DNA of 46,749 nt from positions 1-46,749 of IMG/VR virus record IMGVR_UViG_3300010362_000031; one strand, given 5' to 3'. The position numbers and the translations under genes were made by a program. The notes under the pieces are model-generated. The model searched no databases and was not told the origin of the DNA. It saw only the letters and a program-made list of their open reading frames with translations. This document shows positions 7,917-15,790 of this stretch, piece by piece. The DNA is from a virus. Its lineage: Duplodnaviria > Caudoviricetes. Position 1 is the first letter of the stretch, and every line of letters starts with the position of its first letter.

Positions 7917-8657
7917 TCAGGCCTCCTGCTGCTGTTGGACCCAACGCATGCAGTTGCTGCAGGCGCAGGGCAGGGAATGACCAAGCCTCTTGGGATCGAT
8001 GGCTGGGCGCGGCGGCGCTGGGTCATGGCCGTTGAACAGCGGGCCAGCGCCGGCCGGCTGATCGAGCCAGCGCTGCTGGTGCAGCCATGTCGCGGGATTG
8101 CACCAGTTGTGGTCGTCGGGCTTGGTGCGCTTGTAGCGGCCGATGCCGTCGAGCAGCTCGGCCTGGGTCGCGCCGGCCTTGCGGGCGACGAGGTATTTGC
8201 GCTCAGCGTCGGCCTTCCCGACCTTGTGCGGGTAGGCCAGCCAGAATTCGGCAAAGTCTGTCTTGACCGACACACGACCCCCCTGGGGGGGATTAAGGGG
8301 GGGTTCTGACGGTTCTAATGACGGTTCTATTGGCTGTGATCCCGTGGTTACATCCGGATGTAACGCGGGGGTGACATCCGAATGAGTAGCTGCGTTACAT
8401 CGCAGAAAGTAATGGTTTGCCTGCTTGCCGTGCTTGCCGACGCGCTGTTCTGCGCGCAGTAGGTCGGCCTCGGCCAAAACCTTTAGCTGGTAGTTCACCG
8501 TCTTGCGGGTGACGCCGCAATCGGCCGCGATCCGCGCCTGCGAGGGCCAGCACTCGCCCTCCTCGTTCGCACAATCGGCCAGCTTGATCAGCACCAGTTT
8601 GGCGAGGGGCGTGGGGCACAGGGCGCTCAACGCCCAGGCGACGGCGCGGATGCTCAT
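7917..8657 (-). CDS. Phage replication initiator (N-terminal HTH)
   Basis: MSIRAVAWAL...KLVLIKLADCANEEGECWPSQARIA...; linker EPSLEPSE; C-terminal FAEFWLAYPHKVGK...NPATWLHQQRW. Confidence 0.85.
   Translation of the reverse strand: MSIRAVAWALSALCPTPLAKLVLIKLADCANEEGECWPSQARIAADCGVTRKTVNYQLKVLAEADLLRAEQRVGKHGKQANHYFLRCNAATHSDVTPALHPDVTTGSQPIEPSLEPSEPPLNPPQGGRVSVKTDFAEFWLAYPHKVGKADAERKYLVARKAGATQAELLDGIGRYKRTKPDDHNWCNPATWLHQQRWLDQPAGAGPLFNGHDPAPPRPAIDPKRLGHSLPCACSNCMRWVQQQQEA
8278..8402. other. Probable replication origin (iterons) within the initiator gene
   Basis: Perfect palindrome GTTACATCCGGATGTAAC (8347-8364), further GT(G/T)ACATC copies at 8371 and 8394, GGTTCT repeats; lambda O-like layout. 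Confidence 0.55.
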
Positions 8658-9013
8658 AGCCGGTCGCCCTTGCGGCTGTTGCATGGCTTGCAGGCCGCAA
8701 CGAGATTGCGCTCGACCGTTAGCCCGCCCCAGGCCTTGGGCAGGACATGGTCGACACAGGTTGCTGGATCTCCACAGTAGACACAGCGGTTCTGATCGCG
8801 CTCCAGAACCTCCCTTCGTAATTCCCTCCAGCCGCTCGGGCTGTAGGCGTAGTCGCCCATACCGTTGCCGATGGCGACGATGAAGCAGCCCTCTTCCAGC
8901 CGTGCAACGATCCAGCGAACCGGATGGAAGCGTCCATCGTCCTCTGGCAGCTCCCAGCTCTTCAGCTCGGCGAGCAGTCGCCCATGGCTGCCGGGGCGGA
9001 AGTAGCCAGTCAT
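8654..9013 (-). CDS. HNH endonuclease
   Basis: WRELRREVLERDQNRCVYCG...DHVLPKAWGG...NLVAACKPCNSRKG. Confidence 0.9.
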   Translation of the reverse strand: MTGYFRPGSHGRLLAELKSWELPEDDGRFHPVRWIVARLEEGCFIVAIGNGMGDYAYSPSGWRELRREVLERDQNRCVYCGDPATCVDHVLPKAWGGLTVERNLVAACKPCNSRKGDRL

Positions 9014-9207
9014 GCCGCCTGCCGGGTGCGGTCGAGAAGCTGGCGATGCGCCGCAGCGAGGTGATCGAGGACGAGCCGGTCACTGGGCGCGAGCACCGCG
9101 CGCACGCCGATGGACGCCAGGATCTCGTCGTTGGTGAACCCCTGCGAGCGCGCCCAGAGCAGATGCTCCAGGGCAACGTCGCGACTATCGCCACCAGGGT
9201 CGGGCAT
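9010..9207 (-). CDS. Hypothetical protein
   Basis: MPDPGGDSRDVALEHLLW...; coupled to the HNH gene. Confidence 0.5.
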   Translation of the reverse strand: MPDPGGDSRDVALEHLLWARSQGFTNDEILASIGVRAVLAPSDRLVLDHLAAAHRQLLDRTRQAA

Positions 9208-9208
9208 C

Positions 9209-9646
9209 TCACGCGACCCTCCTGGCCTCGGGTTCCATCCAGCCCTCGGGCAGCCGGCCCCAGCTCTTGAGCAGCTCGCGGGCCTGGGGCCAGGACATGA
9301 CGACCTCGTACGCCACGCCCAGGTCGGCGCAGCGGTCACGGAAGCGCTTCTGCTCGTCGCTCAGCTCGCCGGCCCGCTGCTTGCCGATCAGCGTCTTCTC
9401 GGCCGGGCGCTTCAGCTCCATGCAGCCGCAGCCGGTGCCCCACAGGATCAGCAGGTCAGGCGCGCCGGGCAGCAGCGAGCCGCCGAGCTTGAGCTGATGG
9501 ACGATCCGGCGCGCGAGATCGCGTTCAACCGGGGAGCGGGTCGGGAGAAAGATGCCGTTCGGGCTGGGAACAACGATGGCAGACAACGGCGCAAACCTCA
9601 GCCGCGTCGTGATCTCCCGCTGGAGGAGACGCTCGGCCTGCCGCAT
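9209..9646 (-). CDS. VRR-NUC / PD-(D/E)XK nuclease
   Basis: E..LQ, PNG, GAPDLLI, MELKRP, GELSDEQKRF motifs. Confidence 0.8.
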   Translation of the reverse strand: MRQAERLLQREITTRLRFAPLSAIVVPSPNGIFLPTRSPVERDLARRIVHQLKLGGSLLPGAPDLLILWGTGCGCMELKRPAEKTLIGKQRAGELSDEQKRFRDRCADLGVAYEVVMSWPQARELLKSWGRLPEGWMEPEARRVA

Positions 9647-9760
9647 CGACGTGCCCCTCCCTCCGGTTGCAAAGTGTTTATGTCAAATGCTTTTGCGCTG
9701 TGTCTGGAACCATTGCGGTAAGGATGCCGTTACCAACATGCCCCTTGCGCGAGAGGCCAG

Positions 9761-9994
9761 TTATGCGGTAACGCGCTCGTGAGTTTGGGCCTCCTCGGGG
9801 GCCGGCCACAGATCTGGGCGGATCTCGTGCAACGGGATATCGAGAGCCTCGCTGATGACCCGCGCGTGATGCGGCGGGATCAGCGCGGCCCTCGTGCGCT
9901 TAAATCCGCACACCGTGGACCAGTGAACACCGAGCAGCTCGGCAAGCCTGCCGATGCCGCCGGCCCGTTCGGCGATTTGATCGATTGACAACAT
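9761..9994 (-). CDS. cro: Cro/YdaS-like regulator
   Basis: GGIGRLAELLGVHWSTV...IPLHEIRPDLW; divergent from the repressor. Confidence 0.8.
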   Translation of the reverse strand: MLSIDQIAERAGGIGRLAELLGVHWSTVCGFKRTRAALIPPHHARVISEALDIPLHEIRPDLWPAPEEAQTHERVTA

Positions 9995-10078
9995 GTCGCA
10001 CATCGTTGGCTTACCCCTCATCAACGTCAAGCGGCAAAACGGCGGGTGCAGCACATTCAACTGGGAGAGGCTCGGACC

Positions 10079-10603
10079 ATGATGACGAGTAACTCAGACG
10101 ATGACTTTACGAGGCCGGAGCAGCTCTCCGACGACGACATGCCGTTCGACCTCGCGATGGAGGACAACCCCGATCTCCGGCTGAAGCTGGGTCGCTACCT
10201 GGGCGGTGTGCGGAAGCTGAAGAAGATCAGCCAGGACGAGGCCGCCAGGAGCCTGGGGCTGAGCCGGCCGCATCTCAGCAACATCGAGCAAGGCCGCAGC
10301 AGGACTGGCTGGAAGAGCATCCGCGCGATGGCGCGATACTATGGCTATGGCATCCGCGCGCTGATCGAGGAGGCCTCGGCCGCGACGTTGCCCGAGCTGA
10401 CGCCCGACGCCATCCACGGCGACGACGCCCTGCGGCACAGCGCTCGCGGCGGCGCGGCGCACGACCAGCCGGCCGGGCTGTCCGATGACGAGGCGTTTAT
10501 CGTGGGCCTCTTCCGCACGCTCAGCGTCGAGGATCGGAAATTTATTGCCAAGCAAATTTTGCAACTTGTTCAGGCGCGTACGAACCGGATCGGCGGTTCG
10601 TAA
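10079..10603 (+). CDS. CI-like XRE repressor
   Basis: LGGVRKLKKISQDEAARSLGLSRPHLSNIEQGRS; C-terminal LSDDEAFIVGLFRTLS..DR; no S24 peptidase domain. Confidence 0.8.
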   Translation: MMTSNSDDDFTRPEQLSDDDMPFDLAMEDNPDLRLKLGRYLGGVRKLKKISQDEAARSLGLSRPHLSNIEQGRSRTGWKSIRAMARYYGYGIRALIEEASAATLPELTPDAIHGDDALRHSARGGAAHDQPAGLSDDEAFIVGLFRTLSVEDRKFIAKQILQLVQARTNRIGGS

Positions 10604-10609
10604 GAAAAT

Positions 10610-10655
10610 TGTTGCCAACGGCCCTTGACGACCCCCCTGTGGGCTGCGCCATCAT
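10610..10655 (+). promoter_or_regulatory. Operator TGTTGCCAACG plus putative early promoter
   Basis: Operator copy at 10610-10620, TTGACG -35-like box at 10625; heads the recombination/RAMP operon. Confidence 0.5.
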
Positions 10656-10684
10656 GACGCAGGCCCCATACCAGGGAGGGCGTC

Positions 10685-10822
10685 ATGCACCGGGTCGGCC
10701 TGAGCAACCTCTTTCAAAACATAGGTAAAACGGCCCGCCGTAAGGCCGGGATCTTTGAGGCCTGGGCGGCCAGCATCCTGCTGCTCTGGGTTGTCATCGC
10801 TATCGCGTGCTGGTCGCTATGA
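10685..10822 (+). CDS. Small membrane protein (45 aa)
   Basis: GGAGGG RBS; C-terminal hydrophobic stretch AWAASILLLWVVIAIACW; ATGA overlap with ERF. Confidence 0.5.
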   Translation: MHRVGLSNLFQNIGKTARRKAGIFEAWAASILLLWVVIAIACWSL

Positions 10823-11571
10823 GCGGCGAGCTGATCGAGCAACAGCCCGGCAACGGTCTGCCCACGCGCCGCGACGCCGACACAACGCTGCTCGACATCA
10901 TCGCCAAGGCGGCGTCCGACCCAAACGTGGACGTTGAGAAGCTGGAACGGCTCACGGCGCTCTACGAACGTCACATGGAGCGCGAGGCACATGCCGCCTA
11001 TACAGCGGCCCTGGCCGAGATGCAGCCCGAGCTGCCGGAGATTGAAGAACGCGGCGAGATCCTCGACAAGGCCGGCGAGGTGCAGAGCACCTATGCCCTT
11101 TGGGAGGACGTCCAGGCCAAGATCAAGCCGATCCTGGCGCGGCACGGATTTGCCCTCACCTTCGCCATCGGCAAGGAGGAGGGCCAGCTCAGCGTCACCG
11201 GCAAGCTCAGCCACCGCCAGGGCCATGTCGAGCAGACGACCATCCATCTGCCGCTCGATACCAGCGGGTCGAAGAACACGGTCCAGAGCTATGGCAGCAG
11301 CACCAGCTACGGCATGCGCTACACGGCGCGCGCTCTGCTCAACCTGACCAGCCGGGGCGAGGACGACGACGGCGTTGCCGGCGGGACCAAGTACATCAAC
11401 CCCGGTCAGGTCGAGGCGCTGACGCTGCTCGCCGAGCGCGCCCAGGTCGAGATGGTCCGCTACTGCGCGCATCTCGGCGTGCCCAGCCTCGACCAGCTCC
11501 CGGCGCGTCAGTACCGGGCCGCCGAGAAATCGCTGCAGGAGGCGATCACCAAGCGGGAGGCGAGGCGATGA
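10819..11571 (+). CDS. erf: ERF-family single-strand annealing protein
   Basis: DVEKLERL...ALAEMQPELP...YALWEDV...IKPILARHGFAL...LSHRQGH...QSYGSSTSYGMRY...EDDDG. Confidence 0.9.
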   Translation: MSGELIEQQPGNGLPTRRDADTTLLDIIAKAASDPNVDVEKLERLTALYERHMEREAHAAYTAALAEMQPELPEIEERGEILDKAGEVQSTYALWEDVQAKIKPILARHGFALTFAIGKEEGQLSVTGKLSHRQGHVEQTTIHLPLDTSGSKNTVQSYGSSTSYGMRYTARALLNLTSRGEDDDGVAGGTKYINPGQVEALTLLAERAQVEMVRYCAHLGVPSLDQLPARQYRAAEKSLQEAITKREARR

Positions 11572-12080
11572 GCCAGCCAATTCGCAAGCAGCACCGACAG
11601 CTCGTTCCCTTTGGCGAGCTGGAGATCGCGATCAAGGAGCTGCGCCGGCATTTCGACTGCAACAACGCCGACGCGCTGCGGCTGATCGGCTATTCCGGCG
11701 GGACGGGCTGGGCCGACTGGCGGCGCTATGGCGCGCCGGCCGTGGCGCTCAATGCCGCCAAGGCCATTCTCAATGACCTGCGCGGCTCGACCATGCTGCG
11801 ACCGCCAGGAACGCCGGCACCAGAGCTGCCGCTGACCGCGCCGCCAGCGCCGGCCACGAATGGCGTGGATCACCCGCCCGGCCTGCTGACGGTTGCCGAG
11901 CCGGAGCCGGAGGCGCGGGCGCTGCTGCTGGAGCACGATGAGCCGCCGGAGCCGCTCTTCACGTTCGATGAGTTGGAGGCGCTATTCGCGCTGCTGCACA
12001 CGCGCGGCGGCCAGTTGCCGACCGAGGAGACGCGCCGCTGCCTGCTGCGCAAGGTCGCCCAGCTCATGGCGGCGACATGA
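11568..12080 (+). CDS. Hypothetical protein (possible N-terminal HTH)
   Basis: MSQPIRKQ...; ATGA coupling on both sides. Confidence 0.6.
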   Translation: MSQPIRKQHRQLVPFGELEIAIKELRRHFDCNNADALRLIGYSGGTGWADWRRYGAPAVALNAAKAILNDLRGSTMLRPPGTPAPELPLTAPPAPATNGVDHPPGLLTVAEPEPEARALLLEHDEPPEPLFTFDELEALFALLHTRGGQLPTEETRRCLLRKVAQLMAAT

Positions 12081-12724
12081 TCGAGATCCTCGATTGCGCC
12101 CAGGGCAGCCCCGAATGGTTTGAGACCCGGCGCGGCCTGCCGACCGCCAGCGAGTTCAAGTCGATCATGGCTGACAGCCGCCAGCGCAAGATGCGGACGG
12201 GCTATCTGCACCGGCTGGCGGCCGAGCTGATTACAGGCACGGTCACGCCGACCTACCAGAGCGCGGACATGCGGCGCGGCAAGGCGCTGGAGGCCGAGGC
12301 GCGCATGGTCTACGCCATCGCGCACGGGGTCGAACTGCGGCTCGTCGGGTTCATCCGCGACGCCGATCTCTGCTGCGGCTGCAGTCCCGACGCGCTGATC
12401 GGCGAGCTGGGCATGGCCGAGATCAAGACGCGCAACCCGGCGCTGATGGTCGAGGTGATGACGACCGGCGGCTGCCCGGCCGAGTACCGGGCGCAGATCC
12501 AGGGCAACCTCTGGGTCGCCAACCGGCAATGGTGCGACCTCGTCTGCTATCACCCAGACATGCCGCTCTATGTCCACCGGGTCGAGCGGGACGAGGAGTT
12601 CATCGCCGAGCTGGCGGCCGAGGTCGGCAAGTTCGCCGCCGAGCTGCGCGAGATCGTGCTGCGCATCCAGGGCGGCCCCAGCGCAATCCTGCGCGATCAG
12701 CTCGAAAGGAGTTTGGCTCAATGA
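12077..12724 (+). CDS. YqaJ / lambda-exonuclease family recombinase
   Basis: QGSPEWFETRRGLPTASEF...MRRGKALEAEAR...CSPDALI...EIKT...QIQGNLWV. Confidence 0.92.
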   Translation: MIEILDCAQGSPEWFETRRGLPTASEFKSIMADSRQRKMRTGYLHRLAAELITGTVTPTYQSADMRRGKALEAEARMVYAIAHGVELRLVGFIRDADLCCGCSPDALIGELGMAEIKTRNPALMVEVMTTGGCPAEYRAQIQGNLWVANRQWCDLVCYHPDMPLYVHRVERDEEFIAELAAEVGKFAAELREIVLRIQGGPSAILRDQLERSLAQ

Positions 12725-13419
12725 CGCAGAGCAATGGCATCGAACGCCTCATCTCGGGCGATGCGACGCCCGGCATGCTGACGGCGGCCCTGACGGCGGC
12801 CGAGGGCCTGACGCAGGTCGTTATCCGACCGCCCAACACGCAGTACGCGACGGTCCACATTATCGGGACCAGCCCCTACGTACAGCATGCCTTCAGCCAA
12901 AAGGCGCAGGCGCAGATGGAGGAGACCCAGCGCGCCGGCACCCAGGCAAGGAGCCGCAAGAAGCGCGAGGCGCGCGATTTCGAGGCCGACTACCGTGCCG
13001 CGATGCACCTCAGCGAGGAGGGCTGGAACGGCATCCCAGCGCCGGCCTTCCGTAACGCGGCCATCGCTACCTGCAGGCTGGTGGGGTTCGTGATGGCCCG
13101 CGCCAAGCTGAGCATCTTTGTCGAGGCCGATGGCTACGATGCGGTTGATGGCACACCGCTGGTACGCATCCAGGGCGAGCCAGAAATCCATAAGGGCTGG
13201 GGTCGCAATGACAACGGCAGCGCTGACCTGCGTTGGCGGCCAATGTGGAGGGAATGGGAGGCCCTTGTGCGCGTCCGCTGGGACGGCGACCAGTTCTCGG
13301 CCGGCGACGTGTTCAACCTTTTCGCCCGCGCCGGCCTCCAGGTCGGGATCGGCGAGGGCCGAGCGTCCAGCCCGAATAGCAACGGCCTCGGTTGGGGTTT
13401 TTGGAGGATCGGCGAATGA
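12721..13419 (+). CDS. Solo RAMP/Cas7-like RNA-binding protein
   Basis: AAGGAG RBS, ATGA overlap; RAMP-like motifs VHIIGTSPYVQH, IPAPAFRNAAI, RPMWREW, and C-terminal G-loop AGLQVGIGEGRASSPNSNGLGWGFWRI. Confidence 0.75.
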   Translation: MTQSNGIERLISGDATPGMLTAALTAAEGLTQVVIRPPNTQYATVHIIGTSPYVQHAFSQKAQAQMEETQRAGTQARSRKKREARDFEADYRAAMHLSEEGWNGIPAPAFRNAAIATCRLVGFVMARAKLSIFVEADGYDAVDGTPLVRIQGEPEIHKGWGRNDNGSADLRWRPMWREWEALVRVRWDGDQFSAGDVFNLFARAGLQVGIGEGRASSPNSNGLGWGFWRIGE

Positions 13420-13850
13420 CCAAGGTCGGCGAGGAGCTGGTCGCGCTGCGCGACGGCGACGGCATCATCTACCCGGCAACCGTCGTTGACTGGGCGCGCG
13501 ATCATCCTGAGAGCGCGCTGCACCGACAATTCGAGTGGGATCTCGAAAGGGCGGCGCGCGAGCACTGGCTCTACCGAGCGAGGCAGCTTATCAGCGTTCA
13601 CGTTCGCTCCGATGACGGGCACCGAACGACGATTGCGCTGCAGATCGACGCCAGCCATGGCGGCGGCTACCGCCAGCTCGATGACGTGCTGAGCAGCGCC
13701 GAGTTGCGCCGGGCAGCGGTCGAGCAGGCGGTCGGCGAGCTGGTCCGATGGAAGGACCGCAACAGCCATCTGCGGCAGGAGCTGCACGGCATCTTCCGCT
13801 CCATCGACCGCGTCGAGCGCGTCGTGCTGGCGCGCGACGAGGCTGCGTAA
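13416..13850 (+). CDS. Partner protein of the RAMP/array locus, function unknown
   Basis: GGAGG RBS, ATGA overlap; GIIYPATVVDWARDHPESALHRQFEWD..AAREHWLYRARQLI motif. Confidence 0.75.
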   Translation: MTKVGEELVALRDGDGIIYPATVVDWARDHPESALHRQFEWDLERAAREHWLYRARQLISVHVRSDDGHRTTIALQIDASHGGGYRQLDDVLSSAELRRAAVEQAVGELVRWKDRNSHLRQELHGIFRSIDRVERVVLARDEAA

Positions 13851-13861
13851 AAAGGGGTTTG

Positions 13862-14343
13862 GGCAAGGCGGGGCTTCGCGGGGCGCGGCAAGGCCCGGCA
13901 GGGCAGGCTTGGGCATGGCAGGCTCGGCACGGTCGGTCAGGGATGGGCATGGCGGGTCTGGTCTCGGCAGGCAAGGACTGGCATGGCATGGCTGGGCACG
14001 GAGTGCCATGACGGGGCACGGCAGGCGGGGCTTGGGTTGGCGCGGTCAGGCACCGCCCGGCCCGGCGCGGCAAGGCAGGCGAGGCTCGGGTTGGCGTGGA
14101 TCGGCCGGTCTCGGCATCGCAGGGCGCGGCAGGCCCGGCTCGGCGAGCTAGGGCACCGCCGGTCCCGGCGCGGCAAGGCAGGCTTGGCCGGTCAGGGCTG
14201 GGCACCGCTAGGCGGGGCGCGGAGCGGAGCGGCCGGCTCGGCAGCTCAGGGCTTGGTTTGGTTTGGCGCGGCAGGGCATGGCAATGGCAGGCCAGGATTG
14301 GCTCGGGCCGGCAAGGCACGGCTGAGCAGGGCGGGGCAAGGCA
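13862..14343 (+). ncRNA. GGY-NN pentamer array of 9 units (candidate guide-RNA array)
   Basis: 89 pentamers in 5-nt phase. Units 13862-13920, 13921-13969, 13970-14023, 14024-14077, 14078-14131, 14132-14180, 14181-14234, 14235-14289, 14290-14343. Each is closed by GGCA (once GGCC, once TGGCA). The array fills the space between a stop codon and the next RBS. Confidence 0.8.
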
Positions 14344-14358
14344 GGCGTGGAGGTCGGG

Positions 14359-14853
14359 ATGGCTGAGGTGTTTTGGGCACGATGGAACGGAGCGACGTTT
14401 GTGCCGCTGCGGCCAGAGCTGTGCGAGCGCCAATTCTATCCCGACCAGCGCGTGCTGCTGGAGGCGCACCACGAGCGCAGCTACCAGCGCCACAAGGCCT
14501 ATTTCGCCAGCTTGGCCGACGCATGGCAGTCGCTCGCCAGCGACCGGTGGCCGACGCCGGAGCACCTCCGCAAGTTCGCGCTCATCAGGACCGGCTGGCG
14601 TGACGAACGGATCTTCCCCTGCGACAGCCCCGAGCAGGCCGAGCGCATGGCGGTCTGGCTGAAGCCGTTCGACCAGTTCGCGGTGATCGCGACCGAGGGC
14701 ACGCTGGTGCGCGCCTGGACGGCCCGCAGCCAGTCCTACAAGGCCATGGGCCGCGATGAGTTCAACCGCAGCATGGACGACGTCCTCGATTACGTCGCCG
14801 GGCTGCTCGGCATCCCGAAAGACGTCCTCGCAGCACAGGGAGAGCTGGCATGA
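14359..14853 (+). CDS. DUF1367/NinB-like recombination-associated protein
   Basis: GGAGG RBS; RSYQRHKAYFASLADAW...EHLRKFALIRTG...SQSYKAMGRDEF. Confidence 0.65.
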   Translation: MAEVFWARWNGATFVPLRPELCERQFYPDQRVLLEAHHERSYQRHKAYFASLADAWQSLASDRWPTPEHLRKFALIRTGWRDERIFPCDSPEQAERMAVWLKPFDQFAVIATEGTLVRAWTARSQSYKAMGRDEFNRSMDDVLDYVAGLLGIPKDVLAAQGELA

Positions 14854-15368
14854 AGATCTGCATGAACCCGACGACCCGCATCAGCCGCTCGCCGATGGGG
14901 ATCGGCCGGGTCTGGGAGGGCCAGACCGAGCAGGGCACGCCGGTCAAGGTGCTGGTCTCGGGCCTTGCCGCCGGCAGCGACGATCCCGCCCTGGCGGCGC
15001 AGTTCGACCGCGAGCACGAGGAGCTGCCAGTCGAGGACGGGCCGAAATGCCCCGATTGCGGTGAGCCGCTGGAGTATCACGTCGCCGAGGTCGGGGGTGA
15101 GGCCGAGATGCGGCGGGCCGAGGTCGATCTCTACGAGGTCGTCGCCCGCTGGCTCATGGCGAGCGACAACGAGCTGGCCCCGCCGGGCGTGACCGAGGCC
15201 GGCGTCGCCGAGCACTTCCGCAACAAGCTGGAGGCGCTCGATCCCGGCGCGCACAAGCGGCTGATGAAGGCCGCCGGGGTCGTGACGCGCTACGTCGCCG
15301 AGCAGATCCTCGGCGCGGCCGAGCCGGTGCCGTCGATCCACACGCACCACAGGCCCGGTCATGCCTGA
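14850..15368 (+). CDS. Hypothetical protein with a CPDC motif
   Basis: ATGA coupling; RVWEGQTEQGTPV...CPDCG. Confidence 0.6.
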   Translation: MKICMNPTTRISRSPMGIGRVWEGQTEQGTPVKVLVSGLAAGSDDPALAAQFDREHEELPVEDGPKCPDCGEPLEYHVAEVGGEAEMRRAEVDLYEVVARWLMASDNELAPPGVTEAGVAEHFRNKLEALDPGAHKRLMKAAGVVTRYVAEQILGAAEPVPSIHTHHRPGHA

Positions 15369-15570
15369 GCTGCTGCAGAGCTGGCGGGTCGGCCCGCCCA
15401 GGCCGGCGAAGGCGCGCCGGCATCCCTACTTCCCGCTGCCGGGTCACCGCTCGATGGGCGAGGTCATGCGCGAAGAGGAGCGGATCGTCGCGGAACGCGG
15501 GGTGACAGTGCTGTCGCCTGTCCGCAAGCGTAAGGAGACCAACGATGGGCAGAGGCCCTCTGAATTTTAG
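15361..15570 (+). CDS. Hypothetical protein
   Basis: Fits the operon chain between 15368 and 15545. Confidence 0.45.
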   Translation: MPELLQSWRVGPPRPAKARRHPYFPLPGHRSMGEVMREEERIVAERGVTVLSPVRKRKETNDGQRPSEF

Positions 15571-15790
15571 ACAGCGCGACCTCAAGGCAGCCGCCAAAGC
15601 CCTAGAGGATGCTGGGCTTAAGGTCTCAAAAGTAGAGCTTGATAAAGCGGGCGGCGTTGCGATATATGTTGGTGGCAGCAACATTGCTGCGGCCAAGGTT
15701 GCCAGCACTAGGCAGCCGAGCGAGTGGGAAAGACGAGCAGATGAAGACCTCGAAAAAGCCAGAACGCGACAGCGTCAAAAGCTGGGTTAG
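15545..15790 (+). CDS. Excisionase-like protein
   Basis: AAGGAG RBS; FRQRDLKAAAKALEDAGLKVSKVEL pattern typical of small genes preceding alphaproteobacterial phage integrases. Confidence 0.6.
   Translation: MGRGPLNFRQRDLKAAAKALEDAGLKVSKVELDKAGGVAIYVGGSNIAAAKVASTRQPSEWERRADEDLEKARTRQRQKLG

Noticed and set aside
14024-14073. Concatenated NN of U4 contains TTGCCAAC, the operator core
   Set aside because: Only 8 nt, the flanks do not match any operator, and it conflicts with the codon-phase signal; treated as chance.
13862-14343. Canonical CRISPR array next to the Cas7-like gene
   Set aside because: There are no identical 25-45-nt repeats separated by unique spacers; conservation is interleaved at 5-nt period, and no cas1/cas2/cas6 is present.
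13862-14343. Simple satellite or G-quadruplex tract
   Set aside because: NN positions are fully variable, units have regular length, and scaffold variants often break G runs. Some G4 potential cannot be excluded but does not explain the organisation.
13591-14662. Several ORFs spanning the array (e.g. 13983-14366 +, 13591-14565 -)
   Set aside because: Translations are G/R/A or P/C low-complexity by-products of GGC repeats; a 5-nt period with 4-nt resets is incompatible with codon structure, and no RBS is evident.
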